DNA of 64,000 nt from an uncultured Gemmatimonadota bacterium (lineage in GTDB: Bacteria > GCA-2686955), in contig CAZBBK010000003.1 in the NCBI GenBank assembly GCA_964490075.1, positions 1 through 64,000 of the forward strand. The letters run 5' to 3'. The translations under genes were made by a program, and so were the position numbers. The notes under the pieces were generated by a model. It was not told where the DNA came from. It saw nothing but the letters and a program-made list of their open reading frames with translations, and ran no database searches. Below are positions 8,248 through 16,674 of this stretch, one piece after another; within the stretch, counting starts at the first letter, position 1; each line of letters begins with the position of its first letter.

Positions 8248-9066
8248 ATGGAGCCCCCGGAGCACGCGTCGTCGAGATCGATCCAAGAGGTGGCAACGAA
8301 ACTGGGAACGAGCTGGCTCGGAAGGCCGCTGAAGGTGGTCGGGACGATCGCCAGCACCATGGATGTGGCGCGCGCCTGGTCCGGCAGCGCCGCGGGCGAT
8401 GAGCCGATGCCCCATGGCGCGGTGGTGGTCGCGCTCGGCCAGACCCAGGGTCGCGGCCGCCGCGGACGCTCCTGGCACTCGCCGCCCGGCCTCGGTCTCT
8501 ACCTCTCCGCCCTGCTCCGCCCGCCGCTCTCGCCCGTCGAGATCGCGCCGCTCGGCCCCGCCGCCGGTCTCGCCGTGGCCGACGCGCTGGGCTCGTTCGT
8601 GCCGCGTGCGGTCCGGGTCAAGTGGCCCAACGACGTGCGCATCGGCGGCTACAAGGTGGCGGGGGTTCTGGCCCACGCGGAGAGCCGGCTGGGTCGAATC
8701 GAGCGCCTGGTGCTGGGCGTCGGTGTCAACGTGTTGCATCGGCGGGAGGACTTTCCACCGGCGCTGCGGAAGCGCGCCACCAGCCTGGCACTGGCCGGGG
8801 GCGGCGCGGTCGAGCCGGCGACCCTGCTCGGCCCCCTCCTCGAAGCGCTCGAGCGGCGGATCGACGCGGTGCTGAATGGCCGTTTCGAAGAACTGGTGGA
8901 CGAGTGGAACGCCGCCTGCGATCACCTGGGCCGCACGGTTGCCATCGCCGAGGGCGCAAGGAAGATCGAGGGCCGCGCCATCGGCATCGACGCGACGGGG
9001 CGCTTGCGCGTCTTGGCGGGCGACGGCGAGGAGCGGCGGGTCGGGGCCGGCGAGCTGATCGAGTAG
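8248..9066 (+). CDS. birA: Biotin--[acetyl-CoA-carboxylase] ligase (no HTH domain)
   Basis: STMD, QTQGRGRRGRSW, KWPND, KVAGVL motifs. Confidence 0.92.
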   Translation: MEPPEHASSRSIQEVATKLGTSWLGRPLKVVGTIASTMDVARAWSGSAAGDEPMPHGAVVVALGQTQGRGRRGRSWHSPPGLGLYLSALLRPPLSPVEIAPLGPAAGLAVADALGSFVPRAVRVKWPNDVRIGGYKVAGVLAHAESRLGRIERLVLGVGVNVLHRREDFPPALRKRATSLALAGGGAVEPATLLGPLLEALERRIDAVLNGRFEELVDEWNAACDHLGRTVAIAEGARKIEGRAIGIDATGRLRVLAGDGEERRVGAGELIE

Positions 9067-9217
9067 ACAATTGTGTCGTCTTCGAGACGCTCTTGTGCGC
9101 TTTAGTGGGCAGCGGTCTCCAAATCGCCACCCTTACGCCCGGCATCGAAACGCTCCGATCGCCCCAACCGAGAGCTTCGCAGGTAGTTACAGAATAGCCG
9201 GCGCTCCCGGGCAATAC

Positions 9218-9233
9218 TGGCGCGGTCCTTGCA
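9218..9233 (+). promoter_or_regulatory. sigma54 (-24/-12) promoter
   Basis: TGGCGC-GGTCC-TTGCA (GG-N10-GC); palindromes GACA-ATTG-TGTC (9066-9077) and CGTC-TTCGA-GACG (9077-9089) lie about 130-150 bp upstream. Confidence 0.65.
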
Positions 9234-9249
9234 AGTCATTTCGACCGTG

Positions 9250-9375
9250 ATGAAAGCCCAGACCCCCAGTCCCGAGCTCGACCCCGCGGCCCTGCGCTCC
9301 CGCGGCGACATGGGAATCCTCGTGATCCTCGCCTCGGTCGCGGCGCTCCTGGTCTTCCTCCGCGCCTGCGTTTGA
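9250..9375 (+). CDS. Small single-TM protein, 41 aa
   Basis: MKAQTPSPELDPAALRSRGDMGILVILASVAALLVFLRACV*; C/G-ending codons; fills the gap before the convergent YfhO gene. Confidence 0.6.
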   Translation: MKAQTPSPELDPAALRSRGDMGILVILASVAALLVFLRACV

Positions 9376-9384
9376 CCCGACCCA

Positions 9385-11781
9385 TCACCGGTCTTCGGCC
9401 CGCGCGCGACGGAAGGGATCCGCGCGCAGCATCAGCAGCATCAAGAGAACTCCGGTCACGCTGATGCCGACTCCCCAGCGCAATGACTGCGGCTGGTAGG
9501 CGAACTCCACCGATTCGACCTCCGGGGCGATCCAGACGCCGCGCAGCAGGCCGTCCACGCAGAGAATCGGCAGCTCCACTCCGCGCTGGTCGCGCGCCAC
9601 CCAGCCCGGCGCGAAGCGATCACGCAACACCAAGAGACCGTGCGCTCCCGGAGGCGGATCGACGTCGATCCGATCGGGCCGCCAGCGCTCGGTCGGCCGC
9701 GCGGCGCTGCTGCGAGGAGACGGCTCGAGATCCGCCGGCAAGGGGCAGCCGGCGACTTCGCGACCGCCCACCAGCGAGCGCGTGGTGTCGATCGCGACCG
9801 GCCGGCCCGGGACGGGCATTCGCGCGCGTCCGCCGAGCTCGAAGTGCTCGACCAGCTCCACCGCGGGTCGTGCCGCGACCACCTTCGCGAGCAGCGCCCC
9901 GGAGCGCGGCAGGGAGGCGACATGCTCCAGGGCACCGCGGCTGAGATCGGTCGCCACCGGTCTCTTGATCCCCGGAATCGGAGTGGTGATCACGAAGGGC
10001 GCGGCCAGGCGCCCGGCGAGCTCGGCGGGTCTTTGCGCCAGCGCCGCCGCCAGCTCGCGAGCGCTGGGGGTTTCCAGACCGCTGTAGCCGGTGGCGTAGG
10101 CGATCCCCTCCAGCAGCCCGAAGTTCGGCTTGGCGTTGCGTCGCCAGCCGCCGTAGATCTCCCGCTCGCCGACCAGATTCCGCGGCCAGGGATAGGGGTC
10201 GAGCACCGCGGCGTCGCGCACCACTCGGGGCGGGCGGCCGCCGGGCTCGGTCCCGAGTCTCGTACCGAGCTCGGTCGGGGCGTCGTAGAACGACGGGTGG
10301 GTGGTGTAGATAAGATGGCGCGCCCGGGGAATCGCCTCGGCGGCGGCCAGCAGGAAAAGCGCCGGGAAAACCGCGCGCGGCCGCCGATGCGAAAGCGCCG
10401 CCAGCGCCAGCAGCAGCGCCCCGTGCGCCGCCACGCGCAGGGCGTCGAGACGCAGCCCGGCGAGCGCGGCGGCGTCGTTGCCGGCCAGGGCCCAGGCGGA
10501 AATGCGCAACCTGAGCGAGTCCGCCAGCGGACCCAGCACCAGCCCCGCCGCCCCGATCGCGGCGAGGCCCACCAGCGCGCAGCCGAGCGCCACCGCGCGC
10601 GCCCCGCGCCCGTCCTGCTCGGCGCGCGCACACCCCATCGCGGCCACCAGGGGGACCAGGACCGCCGCGCAGCTCAAGTACTTCTCGGGGTAGCGAAATG
10701 CGGCGACGCCCGGCAGGTAGGCATGCGCTAGCTGATAGAGGGCACCGTGGGTGCCCAGAGCGAGCGCGGCCAGCGTGACCGAGGCGGCCAGCAGGCCCAG
10801 CCCCACGCGCCCGGACCCGCGCCGCGCCGAGGGGAGCAGGGCCAGCGCCGCCCAGGGCACCAACCCCACCGAAATCCCAAAAAACCAGAACCGGGTGTTG
10901 TTCAGGCCCTGGATCAGCGGATGTCCCCAAAAAGTGTTGTCGGGGCCGGGCAGACCGAAGAGCTCGGGCAGCAGCAGGGTCGACAGGCGGGCCGGGTGCA
11001 GCGACCACTCCGCGGCCTCGGCCAACGAGAGACCGCTGCCCCGCCGCGACTGCGCCAGCAGCTCGGCGGCCGGCCAGCCCAGCGCCGCCCCCAGGAGCAG
11101 CGCCGCGCTCAGCGCACCGAAGAGGCAGAGCAGACGCCGCGCCGGACGGGCACCCCCCGCGCTCAGCAGCACGAGGGTCGCCAGCATCGCCTCCACCACC
11201 GCGCCCTGCGGGTCTCCCGCGTGCAGCGCGAGGGCGCCGCAGACGCCGAGCGCCAACGCGTCGCGGAGCTCGCCGCGGCGGCCCGCGCGCCAGGCATAGT
11301 GGAGGATCCAGGGCAGCCACGAGAGGGTGAAGAGGTACTGTGGATTGGTGGTGTAGGAGAGCGCGACGCCGGAGAGAGCCGCGCCGACCGCCGTGGTCGC
11401 CGCCGTCCACGGAGCCCGGCCGCGGCCCTGTCCGATCGCGAAGATCCAGGCGCCGCCACCCAGCAGCAGGAGATGGGTCACGATGCTCGCCGACAATGCG
11501 GAGGCGGGGGAGAGCAGCAGGAAGAAGAGCGCGGTCGGAGGGTAGAAGACGCCGAGCGAGGGATTGGCCGCCATCGGCTCGCCGAGCTGGAGCCAGGCGT
11601 TCCAGCTCGGGGCGTGGCCGGCGCGCAGCATCTCGGCTTGCAGCGCCTTCTGCGGCGCGTAGTGGGTGGAGCTGTCGCCGTAGAAGAAGGTGGCGCCGTC
11701 CAGCAGCACCTCCTGGCAGGGCAGCAGGATCGCGACCATCGCGAGCGCCAAGGAGGCGAGTCGGATGCGGGCGCGATTCAC
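9385..11781 (-). CDS. YfhO-family (GT-C fold) membrane glycosyltransferase
   Basis: N-terminal D..P...W N.....G.P..ANP....FYP, FRYPEKY, C-terminal LVLRDRFAPGW...RGV...V.F.YQP. Confidence 0.85.
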   Translation of the reverse strand: MNRARIRLASLALAMVAILLPCQEVLLDGATFFYGDSSTHYAPQKALQAEMLRAGHAPSWNAWLQLGEPMAANPSLGVFYPPTALFFLLLSPASALSASIVTHLLLLGGGAWIFAIGQGRGRAPWTAATTAVGAALSGVALSYTTNPQYLFTLSWLPWILHYAWRAGRRGELRDALALGVCGALALHAGDPQGAVVEAMLATLVLLSAGGARPARRLLCLFGALSAALLLGAALGWPAAELLAQSRRGSGLSLAEAAEWSLHPARLSTLLLPELFGLPGPDNTFWGHPLIQGLNNTRFWFFGISVGLVPWAALALLPSARRGSGRVGLGLLAASVTLAALALGTHGALYQLAHAYLPGVAAFRYPEKYLSCAAVLVPLVAAMGCARAEQDGRGARAVALGCALVGLAAIGAAGLVLGPLADSLRLRISAWALAGNDAAALAGLRLDALRVAAHGALLLALAALSHRRPRAVFPALFLLAAAEAIPRARHLIYTTHPSFYDAPTELGTRLGTEPGGRPPRVVRDAAVLDPYPWPRNLVGEREIYGGWRRNAKPNFGLLEGIAYATGYSGLETPSARELAAALAQRPAELAGRLAAPFVITTPIPGIKRPVATDLSRGALEHVASLPRSGALLAKVVAARPAVELVEHFELGGRARMPVPGRPVAIDTTRSLVGGREVAGCPLPADLEPSPRSSAARPTERWRPDRIDVDPPPGAHGLLVLRDRFAPGWVARDQRGVELPILCVDGLLRGVWIAPEVESVEFAYQPQSLRWGVGISVTGVLLMLLMLRADPFRRARAEDR

Positions 11782-11782
11782 G

Positions 11783-12433
11783 TTAGAGATCCCGGCGGCG
11801 GTAGTGCGCGATCAAGGTCGAGAAGCTCACGCCGCGGCGCGCCTTGCCCGGGTTGGGGCGGCATTCGATCCGCGGCGCGGGCGCCGAAATGGCCCGCCGC
11901 AGCAGCTCGCTCAGGGAATCGCGCGTGAATTCGCCGAAGAGGTGGAAGTGCAGGCGGGCCCGGAAGTCGTTGAAGCCGTCGTTGTCGAGCAAGAGCCCCG
12001 CCAGCCTTTGGAGGGCGTTCGATCCGCTGGTGAGGGTTTCGCAGACCACCAGGTCGTCGCGCAGGCCGCGCCCCAGGTCGGTGAGAAAGCGCTCTTGGCG
12101 GGGCACGATGTGGTGCAGCATATCCGACACCACCACCGCGCCCGGCTCGCCGGGATAGCCGTCGACGTCGAGCACGTCGGCACAACGGGCGTCGAGACCG
12201 CGGGCCCGGGCGTCGGCGACGAAGCGCCGATTCAGATCGATGCCGGTGTAGCGCATCGCGGGCGGCAAGAACTCGGCCAGGTGGCAGGTGCCACAGCCGA
12301 CGTCCAGGACCCAGGCCTGCTCGGGCAGCGCCGCCGCGATTCTGCGGAAACGATCCTCGTAGCCCTCGCCGTGCAGGATCGAGAGGACTCGATCGTAGAG
12401 CGAGCTCGATCCGTACATCGGCGAGCGCAGCAT
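11783..12433 (-). CDS. Class I SAM-dependent methyltransferase
   Basis: VLDVGCGT motif I, YTGIDLN, DMLHH. Confidence 0.88.
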   Translation of the reverse strand: MLRSPMYGSSSLYDRVLSILHGEGYEDRFRRIAAALPEQAWVLDVGCGTCHLAEFLPPAMRYTGIDLNRRFVADARARGLDARCADVLDVDGYPGEPGAVVVSDMLHHIVPRQERFLTDLGRGLRDDLVVCETLTSGSNALQRLAGLLLDNDGFNDFRARLHFHLFGEFTRDSLSELLRRAISAPAPRIECRPNPGKARRGVSFSTLIAHYRRRDL

Positions 12434-12463
12434 GCCGGCAGGTTCCCTTGACCGGAGATCGCG

Positions 12464-12661
12464 CTACTTGGGGTCCTTGGGCCGGTCGTCCGGCTCGCTC
12501 GGAGACTCGATCTCGCGCTGAATATCGCGCCCGGCCGACTTGAACTCACGGATTCCCTTGCCCAGCGACGCGCCGATCTCGGGAAGTCTCTTGGCTCCGA
12601 AGAGGAGCAGAACCACCAGGAAGATCAGGATGACTTCCCACGCGCCGAGATTGCCGATCAT
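12464..12661 (-). CDS. tatA: Twin-arginine translocase subunit TatA/E
   Basis: WEVILIFLVVLLLFGAKRLPEIGASLGKGIREFK; GGAGG RBS. Confidence 0.97.
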   Translation of the reverse strand: MIGNLGAWEVILIFLVVLLLFGAKRLPEIGASLGKGIREFKSAGRDIQREIESPSEPDDRPKDPK

Positions 12662-12764
12662 CGATTCCTCCGATTCGGAGAGAAGGGCCGCCGCCGCTGC
12701 GCCCCGCCGCGTCGACCGACAGGGTGGCCCAAGGCTCGCGGTGCCGCCCGCTCACCAAGGCTCT

Positions 12765-12793
12765 ACTCTATCGAGGTGCTCGGCGGGAGTCAA
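12765..12793 (-). promoter_or_regulatory. sigma70 promoter for tatA
   Basis: Minus strand TTGACT-N17-TAGAGT. Confidence 0.65.
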
Positions 12794-12811
12794 ACGGAGC
12801 CGCCGCGTCGC

Positions 12812-12841
12812 TTGACCTCGCCCCGACACTGCCCCTACCGT
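12812..12841 (+). promoter_or_regulatory. sigma70 promoter, probably giving a leaderless mRNA for the gene at 12849
   Basis: TTGACC-N18-TACCGT ending 7 nt before the ATG; no Shine-Dalgarno. Confidence 0.55.
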
Positions 12842-12848
12842 CCCGCCC

Positions 12849-13421
12849 ATGGGGTTCGTACAGGAGCTCAAGCGCAAGTCGATTCACCTGGCCGCCATCT
12901 CGATTCCGGTCCTCTACTACTGGATTCCTTCCGAGCTGGCCTCGAAGTGGATCCTGGTCGCTTTCACGATCGGCTTCTTTTGGGCCGACATCGTCAAGCT
13001 GCGCTCACGACGCTGGAATCGACTCTTCATGGCGATCTTCGCGCGCTTTCTGCGCCGCCACGAGGCCCGGGAGCTGAACGGAGCGACCTTCGTCATGCTG
13101 GCCGCCTCGGCATGCGTGCTCTGCCTGTCGAAGCCGGTGGCGACCGCGGCCATCTCCTTCTTGGTGCTCGGCGACACGGCCGCGGCCCTGGTCGGGAAGT
13201 CGTTCGGCCGTCTTCGCTATCTCGGGAAATCGGTCGAGGGCAGCGTGGCCTGCTTCCTGGCCTGCTTTCTGGCGGCCATGTGCATTCCCGACCTGTCGAT
13301 CGAAGCCGGATTGGCCGGCGCCGCCGCGGCGACCATCGCCGAGCTGGTGCCGATCCCGATCGACGACAACTTCCGCATCCCGCTGGCGGCCGGCGCGCTG
13401 ATGCAGCTCATGTCCGGATAG
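12849..13421 (+). CDS. CTP-dependent isoprenoid/lipid kinase-like membrane protein (dolichol/phytol kinase, CTP_transf_1 clan)
   Basis: RKSIHL, GDTAAALVGKSFG, KSVEGS, IDDNF motifs. Confidence 0.88.
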   Translation: MGFVQELKRKSIHLAAISIPVLYYWIPSELASKWILVAFTIGFFWADIVKLRSRRWNRLFMAIFARFLRRHEARELNGATFVMLAASACVLCLSKPVATAAISFLVLGDTAAALVGKSFGRLRYLGKSVEGSVACFLACFLAAMCIPDLSIEAGLAGAAAATIAELVPIPIDDNFRIPLAAGALMQLMSG

Positions 13422-13462
13422 CGCATCGGCCGTCCTCTCAATAGTTTAGGAGAACGCTCTCA

Positions 13463-14650
13463 ATGACCACTCGAATCATCGCGCTCGCCCTCGTTCTGTG
13501 CTGCGGAGTCGCCGCCGCGCGCGCGGACCAGGCGGTCGAGGCGCTGCTGCGCCGCGGCCTGGAGGATCATGCCGCCCTCGAGCTCGAGACCCGCGCCCGC
13601 AATGCCGCCGACGGAGCGGCGCGCGCGGAGCTGCTGGTGCGGCTCGCGGGGCTCTACGAGTCGCGCGGCGATGATCGCGGATTCGCGGCGGCCGCCTACG
13701 TGCGAGCCCTCGAGGCGCTGCCCGCGAAGGCGCCGGGGCGGGACGATATCCACTACCGGCTCGGCCGGGCGCTGGAGGCGGGAGGTGACACGGTTCGCGC
13801 CGCCCTGGAGTACCAGCAGATCCTCATCGAGCATCCGGGGTCGTCCTACTACGAGCAGGCCAATGCCGGCGTGCACCGCTGCTTCGAGCGCAATCAGCCG
13901 CGCGTCGCGGCCACCGTGGGAGAGCACGTGATCACGGTCGAAGACCTGGACCGGGTCATTCGGAAGCTCGACTCGGTGGCCCAGAGCGAGATCGAGAGGA
14001 GGCCGGAACGGCGCCAGACGCTGCTCCAGCAGATGATCGAGGAGAAACTGATGGCCGACCACGCGCGGGCCATCGGGCTGCACCTCGAGGCCGCGGTGCG
14101 CGAGGAGCTGGCGCGCAACGTCGACCGCTTCCTCGCCACCCGCCTGCTCGAATCGCGAGTCAAGGCGCGCGTCGACATCGACGCCGACCAGGTGCGCGAG
14201 TACTACGAGCAGAATCGGGAGAGCGAATTCTACGTCGAGGCGCGCCTGCGCGGCTTCGTCTTCGTGATGGAGGACGAGCGCGGGGCGCGCCAGATCCACC
14301 GCCGCCTGGAGCGAGGAGAGTTCGACGAGCTTCGCAACGAGCTCTGGCGAGACGCCCAGGGCAAGGGGGGCGGGGACTCCGGGCTGCACAAGATGACGGA
14401 CTACCCGGAGCCGCTCCAGGCCCGCCTGGATGGACTCGAGGTCGGGCAGGCGGCGCGCCCCTATCAGAGCGAGATGGGCTGGGAGGTGTTCTACGTGCAG
14501 GTGCACAAGCCGTCCCGGATCACGCCCTTCGAGAAGGTGGCGGTGCGCATCGAGGCCAACCTGCGCACGGCGAGCGAGTCGCGTCTCTACCACGCGCTGG
14601 CCGATTCACTGCGCGCCGCGACGCCCGTCATGGTCACCGAATCGCCCTGA
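13463..14650 (+). CDS. Exported TPR + SurA/PpiC-type peptidyl-prolyl isomerase-like chaperone
   Basis: Signal peptide, TPR, VAATVGEHVIT.EDL, SurA-N-like helices, GGDSG and SEMGW parvulin-like motifs. Confidence 0.78.
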   Translation: MTTRIIALALVLCCGVAAARADQAVEALLRRGLEDHAALELETRARNAADGAARAELLVRLAGLYESRGDDRGFAAAAYVRALEALPAKAPGRDDIHYRLGRALEAGGDTVRAALEYQQILIEHPGSSYYEQANAGVHRCFERNQPRVAATVGEHVITVEDLDRVIRKLDSVAQSEIERRPERRQTLLQQMIEEKLMADHARAIGLHLEAAVREELARNVDRFLATRLLESRVKARVDIDADQVREYYEQNRESEFYVEARLRGFVFVMEDERGARQIHRRLERGEFDELRNELWRDAQGKGGGDSGLHKMTDYPEPLQARLDGLEVGQAARPYQSEMGWEVFYVQVHKPSRITPFEKVAVRIEANLRTASESRLYHALADSLRAATPVMVTESP

Positions 14651-14722
14651 GGCCGGTTCGCGGGCTGCCGTGATACAATCCAGGCGGGACAAGGTCCTGG
14701 ACGCCACTATCCTGGAGACCCC

Positions 14723-15658
14723 ATGGGCAAGCGCCGCGCCCTGATCGCCGCAATCGGACCCCTTCTACTGATCGCTTCCTGCAGCAGTATCGGGCGCCGC
14801 ATGACCCAGGCCCACGAGCTCTACGAGCAGGGCAATGCCGAGCAGGCGCTGCATGAGCTGGATGCGGTGATCGTCGAGCGGCCCGACCACGTCGGGGCCA
14901 ACACCTTGATCGCGCGCATTCATGCCGACGCCGGGGCGCCCGACAAGGCGATTCCGCCCCTGAAGCGCGCCATCGCCGCTGCTCCGGAACGAATCGACTT
15001 GCGGCTCGACCTGGGACGCTCCTTGATCGGGTCGGGGCTCCCGCAGGAAGCGATCGGCGTGCTCCACTCCGCCCTCGCCCTGGCACCGGAGAATCCTCAA
15101 GCTCTGGCGCTCTGCGGCCACGCTCACCTGCTCTCCGGGCTGGTGAAGGACTCGATCGGTTTCTTCAACCAGGCGCTGGAGATCGCGCCGCAGAACGTGA
15201 TGGCGCTGCAAGGCAGGGCCGACGCCCTGGAGCGCAGGGGCGAGCTGGCCCGGTCTCTGGAGACGCGCCGTCGGGCGCTCGAGGTGGAGCACGAGGGGGC
15301 CGATCTCGAGCTGGAGTGGGGGGACGAGCTGGCGCGGCTCGGCAAGAACGCCGAAGCCGCGGACGCTTACGACCTGGCCACCGCCGAAGACCCCTTCGAT
15401 GCGCGAGGCTGGCATCGCCGCGGTCTGGCCCTGGCGGAGTTGGGACGGCTCGCCGAGGCGCGCGAGGCGTTCCTGACCGCGCTGGAGGCCGATCCCGGCA
15501 TGATCGAGGCGAACGAAGCGCTGGCGGATGTCTATCTCGCCATGGGCGAGATGGAGCTCGCGGAGGAGCAGCTCAAGCTCTACCTGGAGAACGCCCCGGT
15601 GGAGATGTTGGCCGATCCGGAGTACCAGCGCTCGAAGCTCGACCGAGCGTTTCGCTAG
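14723..15658 (+). CDS. TPR-repeat lipoprotein
   Basis: Lipobox-like LLIASC; about 7 TPR units. Confidence 0.85.
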   Translation: MGKRRALIAAIGPLLLIASCSSIGRRMTQAHELYEQGNAEQALHELDAVIVERPDHVGANTLIARIHADAGAPDKAIPPLKRAIAAAPERIDLRLDLGRSLIGSGLPQEAIGVLHSALALAPENPQALALCGHAHLLSGLVKDSIGFFNQALEIAPQNVMALQGRADALERRGELARSLETRRRALEVEHEGADLELEWGDELARLGKNAEAADAYDLATAEDPFDARGWHRRGLALAELGRLAEAREAFLTALEADPGMIEANEALADVYLAMGEMELAEEQLKLYLENAPVEMLADPEYQRSKLDRAFR

Positions 15659-15670
15659 GACCGGCCAACC

Positions 15671-16651
15671 GTGCTCATTCGATTCCTCCCCCGGTCGATT
15701 CGCGGCGCGCTGGTCGCGGCGGCGTGTGCGCTCTGTGTCAGCGGGCCGACTCTCGGGCAACGACCCGGGGGCAAGGCCGTGGAGCCGCTGAGCAACGCGC
15801 TCGAGGCGCTGCGTGATCGCCGCTTCGACGAGGCGCTGCGCTGGTTCCAGGTGACGGCCTCCGACTTCCCGGACACCGGGGAGGCGCTGCAGGCCAGGCT
15901 CCACCGAATCGTCATTCTGGCCGCCCGCGAAGCGAGCCTGCTGCTGCTCGGCAACAGCTGGCACGCCGGCATGCAGCGCACAGTCGATGGCGACTACTCC
16001 TTCGTGAATCACAAGAAAGAGGATTTCGCGAAGCAGATGACCCGCTACTACCGGGCGCGAGACGATGCACTGGAGGTATTCCTGATCGATGTGCGGCGTC
16101 TTCTGATCGAGGATGGCGGGTCTCCGGTGCCGATCGCGTTCCGAGGACCGATGCGCGTGGTGCGCTCCGAGGCCAACATCGCCGGGCACCTGGAGCACGG
16201 CTTCTACCTGGAGGCGGCCGACTGCGCGGCCCTGGAGGAGATGCTCTTCGACGACGCCTACGCGGCCTACGCACGGGCGCTCTTGGGGCTGGATGAAGAT
16301 GCACTGCTCGCCGACGCGGTGTCCGGCAATCTCGATCGCAAGACCTTCTACGGGGCCTTGATGGACCGGATCGCGACGGTCGTGGAGGAGGGGTTGGGCA
16401 GCGCCCACGATCGGGAGACGGTGACCCGTCTGGCCGCGGTGGTGCTGCGCGAAGGGAAGAACCAGCCCTACGACGTCGCGGTGACGCACGCGCGGGAGAT
16501 TCTCAGCCGCTACGGCAAGGCGGTCGAAGGACCGATCCGCTGCGGCCGTTGCGGAGAGACCGCCCGGCCGGGCTGGCAGTTCTGTCCCTACGACGGGGCG
16601 GCGCTCCCGGCATCGGAAACCGCACCGGCCGGCCAGTCCTCGAAGGACTGA
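15671..16651 (+). CDS. Exported hypothetical protein with a C-terminal zinc ribbon
   Basis: Signal-like N-terminus; C-terminal CGRCG...FCPYDG. Confidence 0.72.
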   Translation: MLIRFLPRSIRGALVAAACALCVSGPTLGQRPGGKAVEPLSNALEALRDRRFDEALRWFQVTASDFPDTGEALQARLHRIVILAAREASLLLLGNSWHAGMQRTVDGDYSFVNHKKEDFAKQMTRYYRARDDALEVFLIDVRRLLIEDGGSPVPIAFRGPMRVVRSEANIAGHLEHGFYLEAADCAALEEMLFDDAYAAYARALLGLDEDALLADAVSGNLDRKTFYGALMDRIATVVEEGLGSAHDRETVTRLAAVVLREGKNQPYDVAVTHAREILSRYGKAVEGPIRCGRCGETARPGWQFCPYDGAALPASETAPAGQSSKD

Positions 16652-16674
16652 GGGCGATTTCCAGGGCAGCGCGT

